Assembly (NCBI GenBank): GCA_963737265.1
Contig: CAVTRY010000021.1
Span: forward strand, 128,001-192,000
Source of the DNA: an uncultured delta proteobacterium
GTDB taxonomy: Bacteria; Myxococcota_A; Polyangia; Fen-1088
Direction of reading: 5' to 3'
Length of the DNA: 64,000 bases
Below, one piece after another: positions 32,134-42,541 of this stretch; the first letter of the stretch is position 1; every line of letters starts with the position of its first letter. The position numbers were made by a program, and so were the translations under genes. The notes under the pieces are model-generated. The model had not been told where the DNA came from, searched no databases, and saw only the letters and a list, made by a program, of their open reading frames with translations.

Positions 32134-35100
32134 CGCGCGGCCCCTTCGTTGACGAGCAATTCGTCGAGCATGGCGGTCATCTGGCTGCATTCCTGATGTT
32201 GCAAGGTGATGGTGTGGGCCGGGCAGGCGGCGGCGCACGAGCCGCAGCCCATGCACTTGGCGCCCTGGATCTCGGCCTTCTTCAGGTCGTTGATCATGGG
32301 CGCGCCATAGGGGCAGGTCTTCACGCAGGTGGCGCAGGCCACGCAGTCGGTGGGGTCGACCTTGGCGATCTGGCCCGCGATGTCGAGGAAGGCGCGCGAG
32401 AGAACGGTAGCGGCGCGACCCGCCGCTGCCTTGGCCTGCGCAATGGTCTCGTCGATGAAGCGCGGCGAGTGGGCCAGGCCGGCCAGGTATTCGCCTTCGT
32501 TGGCGAGATCCACCGGGCGCAGCTTGGGGTGGGCTTCGAGGAAGAAGCCGTCCGCGGTGAGCGCGCTTCGCAACAAACCCGAAATCGCGGGATTGTCGGC
32601 GGCCGGCGCGATACCGGTCGACAACACCACACGGTCGGGCTTGAAGACGATCTCGCGGCCGTTGCTGGCGTCGACCACACTGACTTGCAAACCGTTGGCA
32701 TCGCTGACTTGCGGGTCTTGCTTGTCGGCGTAGCGAATGAAGAGCACGCCCGCTTGGCGCGCTTGCTGGTAGGCCAGCTCGCGGAAGCCGTAGGTGCGGA
32801 TATCCTTGTACAGGACGACGACCTTGGCCTTGGGCTTCTGCCGCTTCAGTTCGAGGGCGTTCTTGATGGCTTCCGAACAACACACGCGACTGCAATAGGA
32901 GTGCTTGTCGTTGCGGCTGTCCACGCACTGGATCATCACGACCAGCGGCGACTCCGGGCCGGCCAACGCCTTCTTCGCCAGCGTCTCTTCCAGTTGGCGC
33001 TGGGTCACCACGGCCGGATGTTTGCCGTTGAGGTAGAGATCTGTCTGGCGTTCCGAACCTCCGACGGCTAGCACGATCACGCCGTGAGAAAGGGTCTGTT
33101 CTTTGCCAGCCTCGGCGACGCGGGTCTTGAAGTTGCCCACGTGGCCGGTGATCTGCACCGGCGTGGTCTGCAGATGAACGGTGATCTTGGGGTGCTTCTG
33201 AACTCGGGTGACGAGGTCGTCGAGGTAGCCCGCGACATCCGAGCCTTCGAGGGTGAAATGGATGTTGTTTAGCTGACCGCCGAGCACGGCTTCCTTCTCG
33301 CACAGGTGCACGGGGAAGCCTTGGTCGGCGAGCGCCAGCGCGGTGGTCATGCCGGCCAAGCCACCGCCCAACACCAATGCGGTCTGCACCACGGGCAACT
33401 TGCCGGTGCCGAGCGCCTTCAGGTTGCGGGCGCGCGCCACCGCCATGCGCATGAGGTCGGTGGCCTTTTCGGTCGCTGCCGCCGGGTCGTTGCGATGCAC
33501 CCACGAGCATTGGTCGCGGATGTTGGTCATGGCGAAGAGGTATTGATTGAGGCCCGACTCGCGCAGGGTCTCTTGGAAAAGCACTTCGTGCGTGCGCGGC
33601 GAGCACGACGCAACCACCAGGCGGTTGAGCCGCTTGTCGCGAATCACGTCCTTGATGTGCTGCTGGCTGGTGTCCGAGCAGGCGTACAGGTTGGTTTCGG
33701 TGTGCACGGTGCCGGGCATCTTGGCCGCCGATGCGGCCACCGCCTTCACGTCCACCACCGCCTGCGATGTTGTGGCCGCAGTGGCAGATGAACACGCCCA
33801 CGCGCGGCTTTTCGTCGGTGACGTCGCGCTCCCACGGATACTCGTGGCGCTGAATCATGGTACCGCGCACAGCGGACAGCTTTTCCATCGCGCAGGCTGC
33901 CGCGCCCGAGGCTTGGGCCACCGATTCGGGAATGTCTTTGGGTTCCTGGAAGGCGCCGGCCACGTAGATGCCGGGCTTGGACGCCGCCATGGGCGCCAGG
34001 CGGTCGGTCTGGCAGAAGCCGAACTGATTGAGATCCAGGCCTAGCTTGGCAGCGGTGTCCTTGACCGAGGCGCTCGGGCGCATGCCGACGGAAAGAACGA
34101 CCAGGTCGAATTCCTGCTGGTTTTCTTTACCCTTATCGTCGAAGTAGCGAATGCGCGCGTTCTTGCTACCCGGCATTTCGACGATTCGCGAAGGCATGGC
34201 GCGAATGAATTTCACGCCGTGCTCGTCGCGCGCGCGGTTGACATAGCTATCGAATTCCTTGCCGAAGGCGCGCACGTCCATGCAGAAGATGGACACTTCC
34301 AGGCCGGCCACGTGCTCGAGCGCGACCATGGCTTCCTTGGTCGCGGACATGCAGCAGATGGATGAGCAGTAGCGGATTGCCGCGGGCGCTGTCGCGCGAG
34401 CCGACGCATTGGATGAAGGCGATCTTCTTGACCGGCTTGCCATCCGACGGTCGTTGCACGTGGCCTTCGGTCGGGCCCGAGGCGCTCAGCATGCGCTCGA
34501 ACTGGACGCTGGACAGTACGTTGGCGTAGCGATCGTGGCCGAATTCGCCGCGCAGCGAGGCCTGAAATTCCTCGTAGCCGGGGGTGAGGATGACCGAGCC
34601 GACCTTGAAGCTTTGGCTGGTGGGCTGCATGTCGTGCATGATGGCGCCGGGTCCGCACGCCTTCACGCACAGGCCGCATTCGCTGCACAGACCGCAAGCG
34701 AGGCAACGCTTGGCTTCGGCCACGGCTTGCTCGGCCGTGAAGCCGAGATCGATCTCGCGGAAGTCGCGCGTGCGATCCTCGACCACGATGCGCGGCATTT
34801 GCTGCTTCGCCTCGGGCGCCGCGGCAGGATTGGGATTGGGCGCGGTGGCCTTCTTCTTCGTGTCGAGCGCCGGCATGGGCTTGCCACGCAGGAAGGCGTC
34901 GATGGCCTCGGCAGCGTGGTGGCCGTGGGCCATGGCTTCGACCAGCGAGGCCGGCCCGAGCACGATGTCGCCGCCGGCAAACACGCCCGGAACCTTCGTC
35001 GCCAGCGACGGATCGGCGGCAATCTTGCCGTTCTCGAGCGGCACACCGGCTGCCTGAGCTATGTCCGCGGTCTGGCCGATAGCGATGATGACGTTGTCGG

Positions 35101-36627
35101 CGTCGACGGTGAAATTCGATCCCTCGACCGCCACCGGACGGCGCCGGCCCGAAGCATCGGGCTCGCCCAGGGTCATGCGCAGGCATTCAAGGCCGCGCAC
35201 CCGCCCGTCGGCGCCGGCCGAGACCTTCACCGGGTTGGTGAGCAGCTCGAACTTCACGCCCTCTTCCTCGGCCTGCGTGATTTCTTCGGGCAAGGCCGGC
35301 ATTTCGGCGCGGCCGCGGCGGTAGACGACGGTGACTTCCTTGGCTCCCATGCGCAGCGCCGCGCGCGCGGCGTCCATGGCCACGTTGCCGCCGCCGACGA
35401 TGACGGCCTTCTTGCCGAGGGCGACCTTTTCGCCGAGGTTCACCGGGCCGAGGAAATCGAGGCCGTACATCACGCCCGCGGCGCTGTCGCCGGGCAGGTC
35501 CATCTTCTGGCTCTTGTGCGCGCCGGTAGCCACGAAGATCGCGGCATAGCCATCTTTCTTCAGGCCGTCGACGGTGATGTCCTTGCCGAGCTTCACGCCC
35601 AGCTTCACGTCGACGCGCTGGTTGAGGATCTGCTCGATTTCGTAGTCGAGCACGTCGCGCGGCAGGCGATACGCGGGCACGCCCAAGCGAAGCATGCCGC
35701 CCAGGAACGGCCGCGCCTCGAACAAGGTGACGCCGTAACCTTGCGCAGTCAGATCCTTGGCCGCAGTGAGGCCGGCCGGGCCGCCGCCGATGATGGCGAC
35801 CTTTTCCGCCTGAATCTTGGCGGGCGAAAACGGGACAGGCTTGTGGTCTCCGCGCCTTGACGTAGACAAAGTCCGCCGCGAAGCGCTTGAGGTCGCGCAC
35901 CTGCACCGGCTCGTCCAGATCCTTGCGGTTGCACTGTCCTTCGCACGGGTGTTGGCAGATGCGGCCGCACACGGCCGGCAGCGGGCAGCGCTCGCGCACG
36001 AGCTCGTAGGCTTCTTCGAATTTGCCGGCCGCGATGAGCGCGACGTAGCCTTGGGCATTCACGCCGGCCGGGCAGGCCGCCTTGCACGGGGCCATGCCCT
36101 CGGCCTTGGAAATGCCGTACACGTTGGGGATGGCCTGAGCGTAGGGACGGAACACCGCCTTGCGCGTGCCGAGCTTACGGTCAAATTCGCTGGGCAGCGA
36201 CACGGGGCAGGCAATCGGCGCAATCGCCGCAGGCGTTGCACTTGTCGATGTCGACGTAGCGCGGGCGCTGGCGCAGCTTCACCTCGAAGTTGCCGACCTC
36301 GCCGCTGATGCCTTCGATGTCGGCCAGGGTGATGATTTCGATGTTCTTGTTGCGCGCGCACTCGACCAGCTTGGGCGACAGAATGCACATGGCGCAGTCG
36401 CCGGTGGGGAAGGTCTTGTCGAGCTGGGACATGCGGCCGCCGATGGCTGCCGACGGTTCGACCAGGTAGACCTTGAAGCCCGACTCGGCCAAGTCCAGCG
36501 ACGCTTGGATGCCGGTGATGCCGGCGCCACACACCATGACCGCGCCCACAGCCTCGGGGGCTTTGGCGGAGTTGCCGGCAGGGGCTTTGGCCCCGTTTCC
36601 AACGATTGCTTTGCCCTGTTCCATCAT
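32130..36627 (-). CDS. hdrA: Large HdrA (two HdrA flavin modules plus GltD-like NADPH insert, HdrL-like); four +1 frameshifts near 36218, 35855, 34373, 33759
   Basis: GGRMSQLDKTFPTGDCAMC; CVGSRD..YCSSICC; GVFICHCG; ASCSPRTHE; CVDSRN..YCSRVCC; GltD motifs GGGNVAMD, YRR; removing 4 bases gives 1497 aa. Confidence 0.88.
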
Positions 36628-36636
36628 CGTGTTGCC

Positions 36637-37502
36637 CTAAACCCCAATTCCACGGTCGGCCAGAAGCTTCGCCGGGCTGACCACCAGGCTGCGCAGACCC
36701 AAGTCCTTGCGAGAAATGCCGAAGGCGAGGCCGAGCAGTTGGGTGAAGTAGAACACCGGCAGATCGAAGTGTTCGCCGGACGCCTTTTCGGTATCCTTCT
36801 GGCGCAGGTCCAAATTGAGCTGGCACAGCGGACAGGCGGTGGCGATGCAGTCCGCGCCCGCGGCCTTGGCCATGGCCAGGATCTCGCGCGTGAGCGCTTG
36901 ACGATGCCGACGTCGGTGATGGAGTAGCCGGCGCCGCAACACTCGGTCTTGTGCGGCCATTCGAGAATGGTGGCGCCCGCGGCTTCGAGCACCTGGTCCA
37001 TCAGCGTGGGGTTTTCCGGGTCGTCGAACTTGGTCACCTCGGGCGGGCGCGAAAGCAGGCAGCCGTAATAGGTCACGAGCTTCAGGCCCTTGAGCGGCTT
37101 CTTCACTGCCTGCGCGATCTTTGCGGTGCCGATGTCGCGCGCCAGGATCTCAAGCAGGTGCAGAATCTTGGTCTGCCCGTCGTAGTCCTTGCCGACCACA
37201 TCGGCCACGGTTTTGCGCGTTTCCGGGTCGCTGGCGATTTCGTGGTTGGCGGTCTTGAGCCGGTTGTAACAGGCGGCGCAGCCGACGGCGACGGTCTTGC
37301 CCTCGGCCGCGATCAGGTTCTTGGCCGGCAACGCAAGCGCCAGCAGGGGATCGGTCTGGTGTGCCGAGGTCGAGCCACAGCAGGTCCAGCCGGGAATTTC
37401 TGGCAATGCGAGCCCGAGCGCCTTGGCGACCGCCACGGTAGACTTCTGATAATCGTGCGCGGTGCCTTCCATGGAACAGCCGGGGAAAAAAGCGTAGCTC
37501 AC
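36637..37502 (-). CDS. hdrB: HdrB (CCG domains); one -1 frameshift near 36895
   Basis: FPGCS, WTCCG, CAACY, YYGCLLSRP, ECCG, ACPLCQLNLD. Confidence 0.88.
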
Positions 37503-38067
37503 GACTTGTCACCTTTCGCGCTGGCGGCGCGCTTGAACATTTCCTCGCGCTCGCCGCGACCCGGGGCACGGGATTGCCACAGCGGCAGCTTGCCCTTGAG
37601 CAACATCATCGGCAACTTGCCCATGTCCTCGAACAAGCGCATGGTGCGCAGCTTGAACGAGGCCATGAGGCCCGCTTCATTCATGCGGCCGCGCTTACGA
37701 ACCGCGTTCATGAAGATGCTGTTGAATACCGGCACGACGCTCTTGCTCGTCGCCTTGGTCGCCACGCTCATGCGGCGAAGACCGTCGTTCAGGGCCGCCA
37801 CGCTGACCTTTTGCGGGCAACGGGTGGCGCACGTCTGGCACGAGGTGCACTCCCAGATCATGCGGCTCGCCGAGCACCTCATCGCGCTGGCCGAATTGCA
37901 CGCACGCGAACCATGGCGTGCGGCTTGATGTCCGCACCCGCGGCCACCGGACAGCCCGAGGTGCACTTGCCGCACTGAAGGCACGCCATCAGGTTGGCGT
38001 GGCTCTGCGCTTCGACCAGCGACGCAAAATCGCCGGAGATTTCAGCCGCCGCCAAGCTCATCGTCAT
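37499..38067 (-). CDS. hdrC: HdrC (2x[4Fe-4S]); two +1 frameshifts near 37905 and 37870
   Basis: CLQCGKCTSGCP and IWECTSCQTCATRCP in different frames; GRMNE. Confidence 0.85.
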
Positions 38068-40964
38068 TTCTTCGACTCCTCAGCAGGAACCTTGGAAGGG
38101 TTCTTTCCAACTCCCGCCCCGGCAAGAACCGCCAAGGCCTGCGCGCTGACCTTGCGGTAGACGTCTTCCGGTTCGCTCAGCTTGCCATTCACGGTCAGCA
38201 GGTCTTGCACCTTGATGCCGAACAGGCGCTCGTTCTCATCCAGATAGGGACGGATGAGCCGCCAGTCCGCATTGGTGAAGGGCGCGAACACGCCGCCATT
38301 GAGCTGTTGCTCGACGACTTTCTTGTGCGGATCGCGAACGTAAATGGCGCCGCCGGAGGCGAGCGAAAAGAGATTGCTGCCCGAGTACGGCGAGGCCAGC
38401 GGCACCAGCTTGGCGTGCGCGTCGATCTCGATGCCATTGACGATGACGAAGCCGCCGCCGTTGAGCGGGTCGCCGGCCATGAAGGATTCGGCCAAAAAGT
38501 CGAGGCAGGTTCCGTTGATGACGACGCGTGGGCGACCGACGGCGTTGATGAGCGGGCGCCCTGCCCCGTTGCCCATCACGAACACATCGCAACCCTTGGC
38601 ACCGTACATGAACGTCTGGCCGACGTCGCCGTAGATCACCAGCTTGCCCCGTTTCGCGATTTGGCCGACCTGATCCTGGGCGTTGCCGTGGATGTAGATT
38701 TCCTCACCATCCATGCCGCTCGCCAGGTAGTCGCCGCTCGATCCGTAGGTATCGATGCGAACACCTTCCGTATTCGGGCCGAGGCCGACGCCGGTGAAGC
38801 GCTGGCCCCGCAGGCGGTAGACGATGAAGCGCCGCCAACCGGCCTGGTAGGCCTTGCGCAAATACACGGCGTCGCAGTCGTCGCCTTCGGGCGGAAACTT
38901 TTCGGCGTCGATGACTAGGACTTCTTCGCCGGCCAGCGGCGCCGCGATCTTGTTGCGGCTGTCCCAGTGAATGCGACGGAAGCTGCCCTCTCCTGGCTCG
39001 CCAATAATGGGGCTGGCGTCGAAGAGCTTCATCAGCGTCTCTTCAAGCACCGGCAAGATGGTGCTGCGGCGCTTGTTGCCCACGTCGTAGCGGCGATCGT
39101 AAAGCAGCGTGAGCGCTTCGATAGCGGTCGCCTTGGCGCGGCGGTTGTCGCTGGCGGCGACGATTTGGTCGCAAAAGTCGCGCAAGGCGCTGGCTGGCCA
39201 GCTGGGCAGGTTCTGGGCCGCGTGGGTGAAGAGATCCTGCGCCCTGCCCTGCTTGAGCGACTCGACCACGGCCTTGCGAATGCCGGCAGAGACGATTTCG
39301 ACCAACGGCGTGGTCCGCGCCCGATCGCAGCGGACGGTGCCAACGTCCAGTTTCACCTGGTGGCCGAACTTGTCGGCGCAGGAAAGCTTCTTCTTTCCGT
39401 TTTCGCCGGTAATGGTGAAGATGAAGGCGCCGCCGTCGGTGTGGCTGCCGCCACGCGCGTTCCAGTACTTGTCCGCCACAGGCGAGAAGCGCGGATCCTC
39501 GCGCGACAAGCCGCGCAGAGTGGCGTCGATGGCTTGCTTCTCCGAACAGATCAGTCCGATTTGCACGTCGCCGCTGTCCGAGAGCGCGAACACCTGCGGC
39601 CGCAGCATGGCCGTGTCGGTGATGCCGAGTAGCTGCATACGGTTCAAATCGGGGTGGTTGCGCGCGATGATGAAGAACCACGGTCCGTCAGGCGAGGCGT
39701 GGATGTGCGTGGCCTGAATCTCGCGGTAGATGCGTTGCTTGTCCTTGGGGAGTTGATCGAAGTCGAGCTCGGTGGTCGGGGCCAGCGCCTCGATGATGTA
39801 TTCGAGCGGGTACTTGTAAACGCGATCCCACAGGTCGAACAGCTGCGCCGACACTTCCGTGTCGGTGAGAAACTGCTGGCGGATATTGCGCTGACGCAGG
39901 TATTCGCACACCGAATGGTAATTGGCGAAGTCGCCGTTGTGGACCAGCGCCTCATTGATGCCGACGAAGGGGTGCGCGCCGCCGGGGTGCCACACGCGAC
40001 CTTTGGTGGGGTAGCGCTGATGGGCGATCCACACGTGGGCTTTGAAGTCTTCGAGCTTGTAGTAGTCGACGTTCTGCTCGGCGTAGCCCACCAGCTTGAA
40101 TACCAGCTGGTCGCGGCCGTGCGACAGCACGAAGGCGCGCTTCTCGCCGAGCGACGCGTACAGCGAGTCGTTCAAACGGAAGGAATTGCGCCAGACGAAC
40201 TCGTCTTCGAGATCCCGCGGGCTCAAGGCTTGCAGCCCGGTCGATTCCGCGAACGCCTTCAGCGCCGCGGGCTTGACCCGGACGGCGTAGCGATGAATGT
40301 CCGGCGGCCGCACGTCCAGTCCGGGAATGTCGCGGTGGTCGCCGATGTGCTCCTGGCGGGTCGAGAGAGCGATATCGAAGTGTGGCAGCACGAATTTCTG
40401 CTCCACCTCGGCGTGCGCCGATGGATCCAGCAGCGCAATCTGCAACAGGTAGTGCGAATCGAGCACCTCACGCGAAACACCGATCTGCTCTGGCACCAGG
40501 CCCGCCGCCGCAATACCGCCGCCCTTGCCGTTGCCGCGGTTCTGCATCTGGATCGACGGCTCGTGGATAAACTTTCCCCGCACGGGAATATTGCAAGCAA
40601 AACCGGTGACGCCGCAACCACCTTCCTCTACACGGGAACCCTCAAAGGGTTCCCGTGCCCTCCCGCGATGGTCCGGGGCGAGCGAAGCTCGCCCGCTCCC
40701 CACGCGATCGGCTACACGGGAACCCTCAAAGGGTTCCCGTGCCCTCCCGCGATGGTCCGGGGCGAGCGAAGCTCGCCCGCTCCCCACGCGATCGGCTACA
40801 CGGGAACCCTCAAAGGGTTCCCGTGCCCTCCCGCGATGGTCCGGGGCGAGCGAAGCTCGCCCGCTCCCCACGCGATCGGCCTCACTGAGTTCGTCCTCAC
40901 CGGGTTCGTCGTCTGCATAGGCCTCCGAGCGCGTGGCCAGCAGGCGATCGATAGTGTCGCTCAT
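38064..40964 (-). CDS. Glutamate-synthase-related subunit: class II glutamine amidotransferase fused to GXGXG domain
   Basis: GG-CGV (Ntn Cys), NRG, AHQRYPT, AHPF, HNGD; C-terminal GQRF..GSSGDYLASGMDG..GDVGQTFMYG. Confidence 0.88.
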   Translation of the reverse strand: MSDTIDRLLATRSEAYADDEPGEDELSEADRVGSGRASLAPDHRGRAREPFEGSRVADRVGSGRASLAPDHRGRAREPFEGSRVADRVGSGRASLAPDHRGRAREPFEGSRVEEGGCGVTGFACNIPVRGKFIHEPSIQMQNRGNGKGGGIAAAGLVPEQIGVSREVLDSHYLLQIALLDPSAHAEVEQKFVLPHFDIALSTRQEHIGDHRDIPGLDVRPPDIHRYAVRVKPAALKAFAESTGLQALSPRDLEDEFVWRNSFRLNDSLYASLGEKRAFVLSHGRDQLVFKLVGYAEQNVDYYKLEDFKAHVWIAHQRYPTKGRVWHPGGAHPFVGINEALVHNGDFANYHSVCEYLRQRNIRQQFLTDTEVSAQLFDLWDRVYKYPLEYIIEALAPTTELDFDQLPKDKQRIYREIQATHIHASPDGPWFFIIARNHPDLNRMQLLGITDTAMLRPQVFALSDSGDVQIGLICSEKQAIDATLRGLSREDPRFSPVADKYWNARGGSHTDGGAFIFTITGENGKKKLSCADKFGHQVKLDVGTVRCDRARTTPLVEIVSAGIRKAVVESLKQGRAQDLFTHAAQNLPSWPASALRDFCDQIVAASDNRRAKATAIEALTLLYDRRYDVGNKRRSTILPVLEETLMKLFDASPIIGEPGEGSFRRIHWDSRNKIAAPLAGEEVLVIDAEKFPPEGDDCDAVYLRKAYQAGWRRFIVYRLRGQRFTGVGLGPNTEGVRIDTYGSSGDYLASGMDGEEIYIHGNAQDQVGQIAKRGKLVIYGDVGQTFMYGAKGCDVFVMGNGAGRPLINAVGRPRVVINGTCLDFLAESFMAGDPLNGGGFVIVNGIEIDAHAKLVPLASPYSGSNLFSLASGGAIYVRDPHKKVVEQQLNGGVFAPFTNADWRLIRPYLDENERLFGIKVQDLLTVNGKLSEPEDVYRKVSAQALAVLAGAGVGKNPSKVPAEESKK
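40628..40879. repeat. Three perfect 84-bp tandem repeats, each with two hairpins, in frame in a CDS
   Basis: Units start at 40628, 40712, 40796; CACGGGAACCCT-caa-AGGGTTCCCGTG and GGGCGAGC-gaa-GCTCGCCC. Confidence 0.95.
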
Positions 40965-42541
40965 TAGATGGCCTCCTTGGCGGCCAGGTAGTGCAAGACG
41001 TCGCTGCGACCGCGCAGTTCGCAGGTGCTTGGGATCCCGAGGCGCACCAAGATGTCGACCATCTGCTCGCGCCAGGCCGACATCAGGTTGATCAGGCGCT
41101 GGGTCGCCCATTCTAAACTCATCTGCATCATCAATTCAGGATCGGTGCTGGCGATGCCGCGCGGACAGCCGCGGCCGCTTTCGCAACAAGCGCAGCGCAC
41201 GCAGCCAAGCGCCACCATTTCGGCGGTGCCGATAACCACGCCGTCGGCGCCCAAGGCGATGGCCTTCATGATGTCGTAGGCGGTGCGCGCGCCGCCGCTG
41301 ATGATCAAGGTCACCGAGTCGCGAATACCCTCCGCGACCAGGAACTTGTGGACCTTGGCGATGGCGTATTCGATGGGCATCGCGATGTTCTTCTTGGCGA
41401 TGTCGGGCGCGGCGCCGGTGCCGCCGTAGCTGCCGTCGAGGTGAATGATGTGCGCGCCGGCGTAGTAGCTGCCCACGGCCACCATGTCCACGTCGGTTGG
41501 CGTGGACACCTTCACCGAGACCAGCGCATGCGGGTTCACTTCCTTGATCCAATCGAGGTGCTTCTTGTGGTCCTCGACGCTGTACACGCTGTGAAACGGG
41601 AACGGTGAAAACAACGCGTTGCCGGGCACGGCTTCGCGCATACGTGCAACGGCGGGCGTGTTCTTGTCGCCGAGCAAGTGACCGCCAAGGCCGGGTTTCG
41701 CGCCCTGGGCATACTTGAATTCGACGATGCGCACGCGCTGGATGGTGTCTTCGCGAACGCCAAAAAGCCCGGTGGCAACCTGGGTGATGACGTGGTCGTC
41801 GTAGGGTTTGAGCCGGTCGTGGTAACCGCCCTCGCCAGTGCAGGTGAAAATGTTCCAGGCCGCCGCGGTTCGCGCCTTGGCCAAGATCGTGTGGATGCTC
41901 ACCGATCCGAAGGACATGCCGCCGCCGTAAATCGGCAAGTCGATGTGTACCTGCGGGCGGCCGTCATTCCGACGATTGAGATCGAGGCCGGTGTCGACCT
42001 TCGCGGGATCTACTTTGGCCGGCGATTCGGGAAAGCTGAAGCCGATGCGGTCGAAGCCGCCGCCCGATTCGCCGGTGCGATATTCGAGACCTGCTTCCGG
42101 TGCATGGCCGGTTTCGGCCATGTGCCAGGTGGAAAGAATCAAATCGGCGGTCCAGCGTGGATCGCCCATGGTGTCCACGGTCGGGTTGCGCGCCATCAAC
42201 AGCGCTCGGGTCTTGCACTTGGCGACGCAGAAGTGATCGGTCTCGCCGCACGACGGGCCGACGCAAAGGTGGTCGCGCGGGCGCAGAGAAAACGTGTAGC
42301 CGTCCGGTTTGACGTGCACGCCGTGCGGGCACAGCTTGGCGCATTCGCCGCACGCCACGCAGTCGGCCGATCGATTCACCTTGTACTTGCCGAGGGCGTT
42401 GCGATAGCGATCCGGCATGGCCCGCACGGTCCGCTCGACTTTTTCTTGCGGCTCGCCGCTCTGCCCAAGCCCCGGAGCGACGGGCGCGGACGCTGCCTTT
42501 GAACCCGCCGCCTGGACTTCCTGAGCGCTACTTGCAGACAA
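40964..42541 (-). CDS. Glutamate synthase FMN-binding subunit with N-terminal ferredoxin domain
   Basis: CVACGECAKLCP; GGMSFGS, TGEGG, KYAQGAKPGLGGHL, VSVK, DGSYGGTGA, CVRCACC..CPRGI; start could be the ATG at 42418. Confidence 0.9.
   Translation of the reverse strand: MSASSAQEVQAAGSKAASAPVAPGLGQSGEPQEKVERTVRAMPDRYRNALGKYKVNRSADCVACGECAKLCPHGVHVKPDGYTFSLRPRDHLCVGPSCGETDHFCVAKCKTRALLMARNPTVDTMGDPRWTADLILSTWHMAETGHAPEAGLEYRTGESGGGFDRIGFSFPESPAKVDPAKVDTGLDLNRRNDGRPQVHIDLPIYGGGMSFGSVSIHTILAKARTAAAWNIFTCTGEGGYHDRLKPYDDHVITQVATGLFGVREDTIQRVRIVEFKYAQGAKPGLGGHLLGDKNTPAVARMREAVPGNALFSPFPFHSVYSVEDHKKHLDWIKEVNPHALVSVKVSTPTDVDMVAVGSYYAGAHIIHLDGSYGGTGAAPDIAKKNIAMPIEYAIAKVHKFLVAEGIRDSVTLIISGGARTAYDIMKAIALGADGVVIGTAEMVALGCVRCACCESGRGCPRGIASTDPELMMQMSLEWATQRLINLMSAWREQMVDILVRLGIPSTCELRGRSDVLHYLAAKEAI

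Noticed and set aside
32130-38067. Programmed frameshifting or selenocysteine recoding in hdrABC
   Set aside because: No slippery heptamers or in-frame TGA at Cys positions; the indels are scattered single bases
40628-40879. CRISPR array
   Set aside because: Units are fully identical with no unique spacers, lie in frame within a CDS, and no cas genes are present
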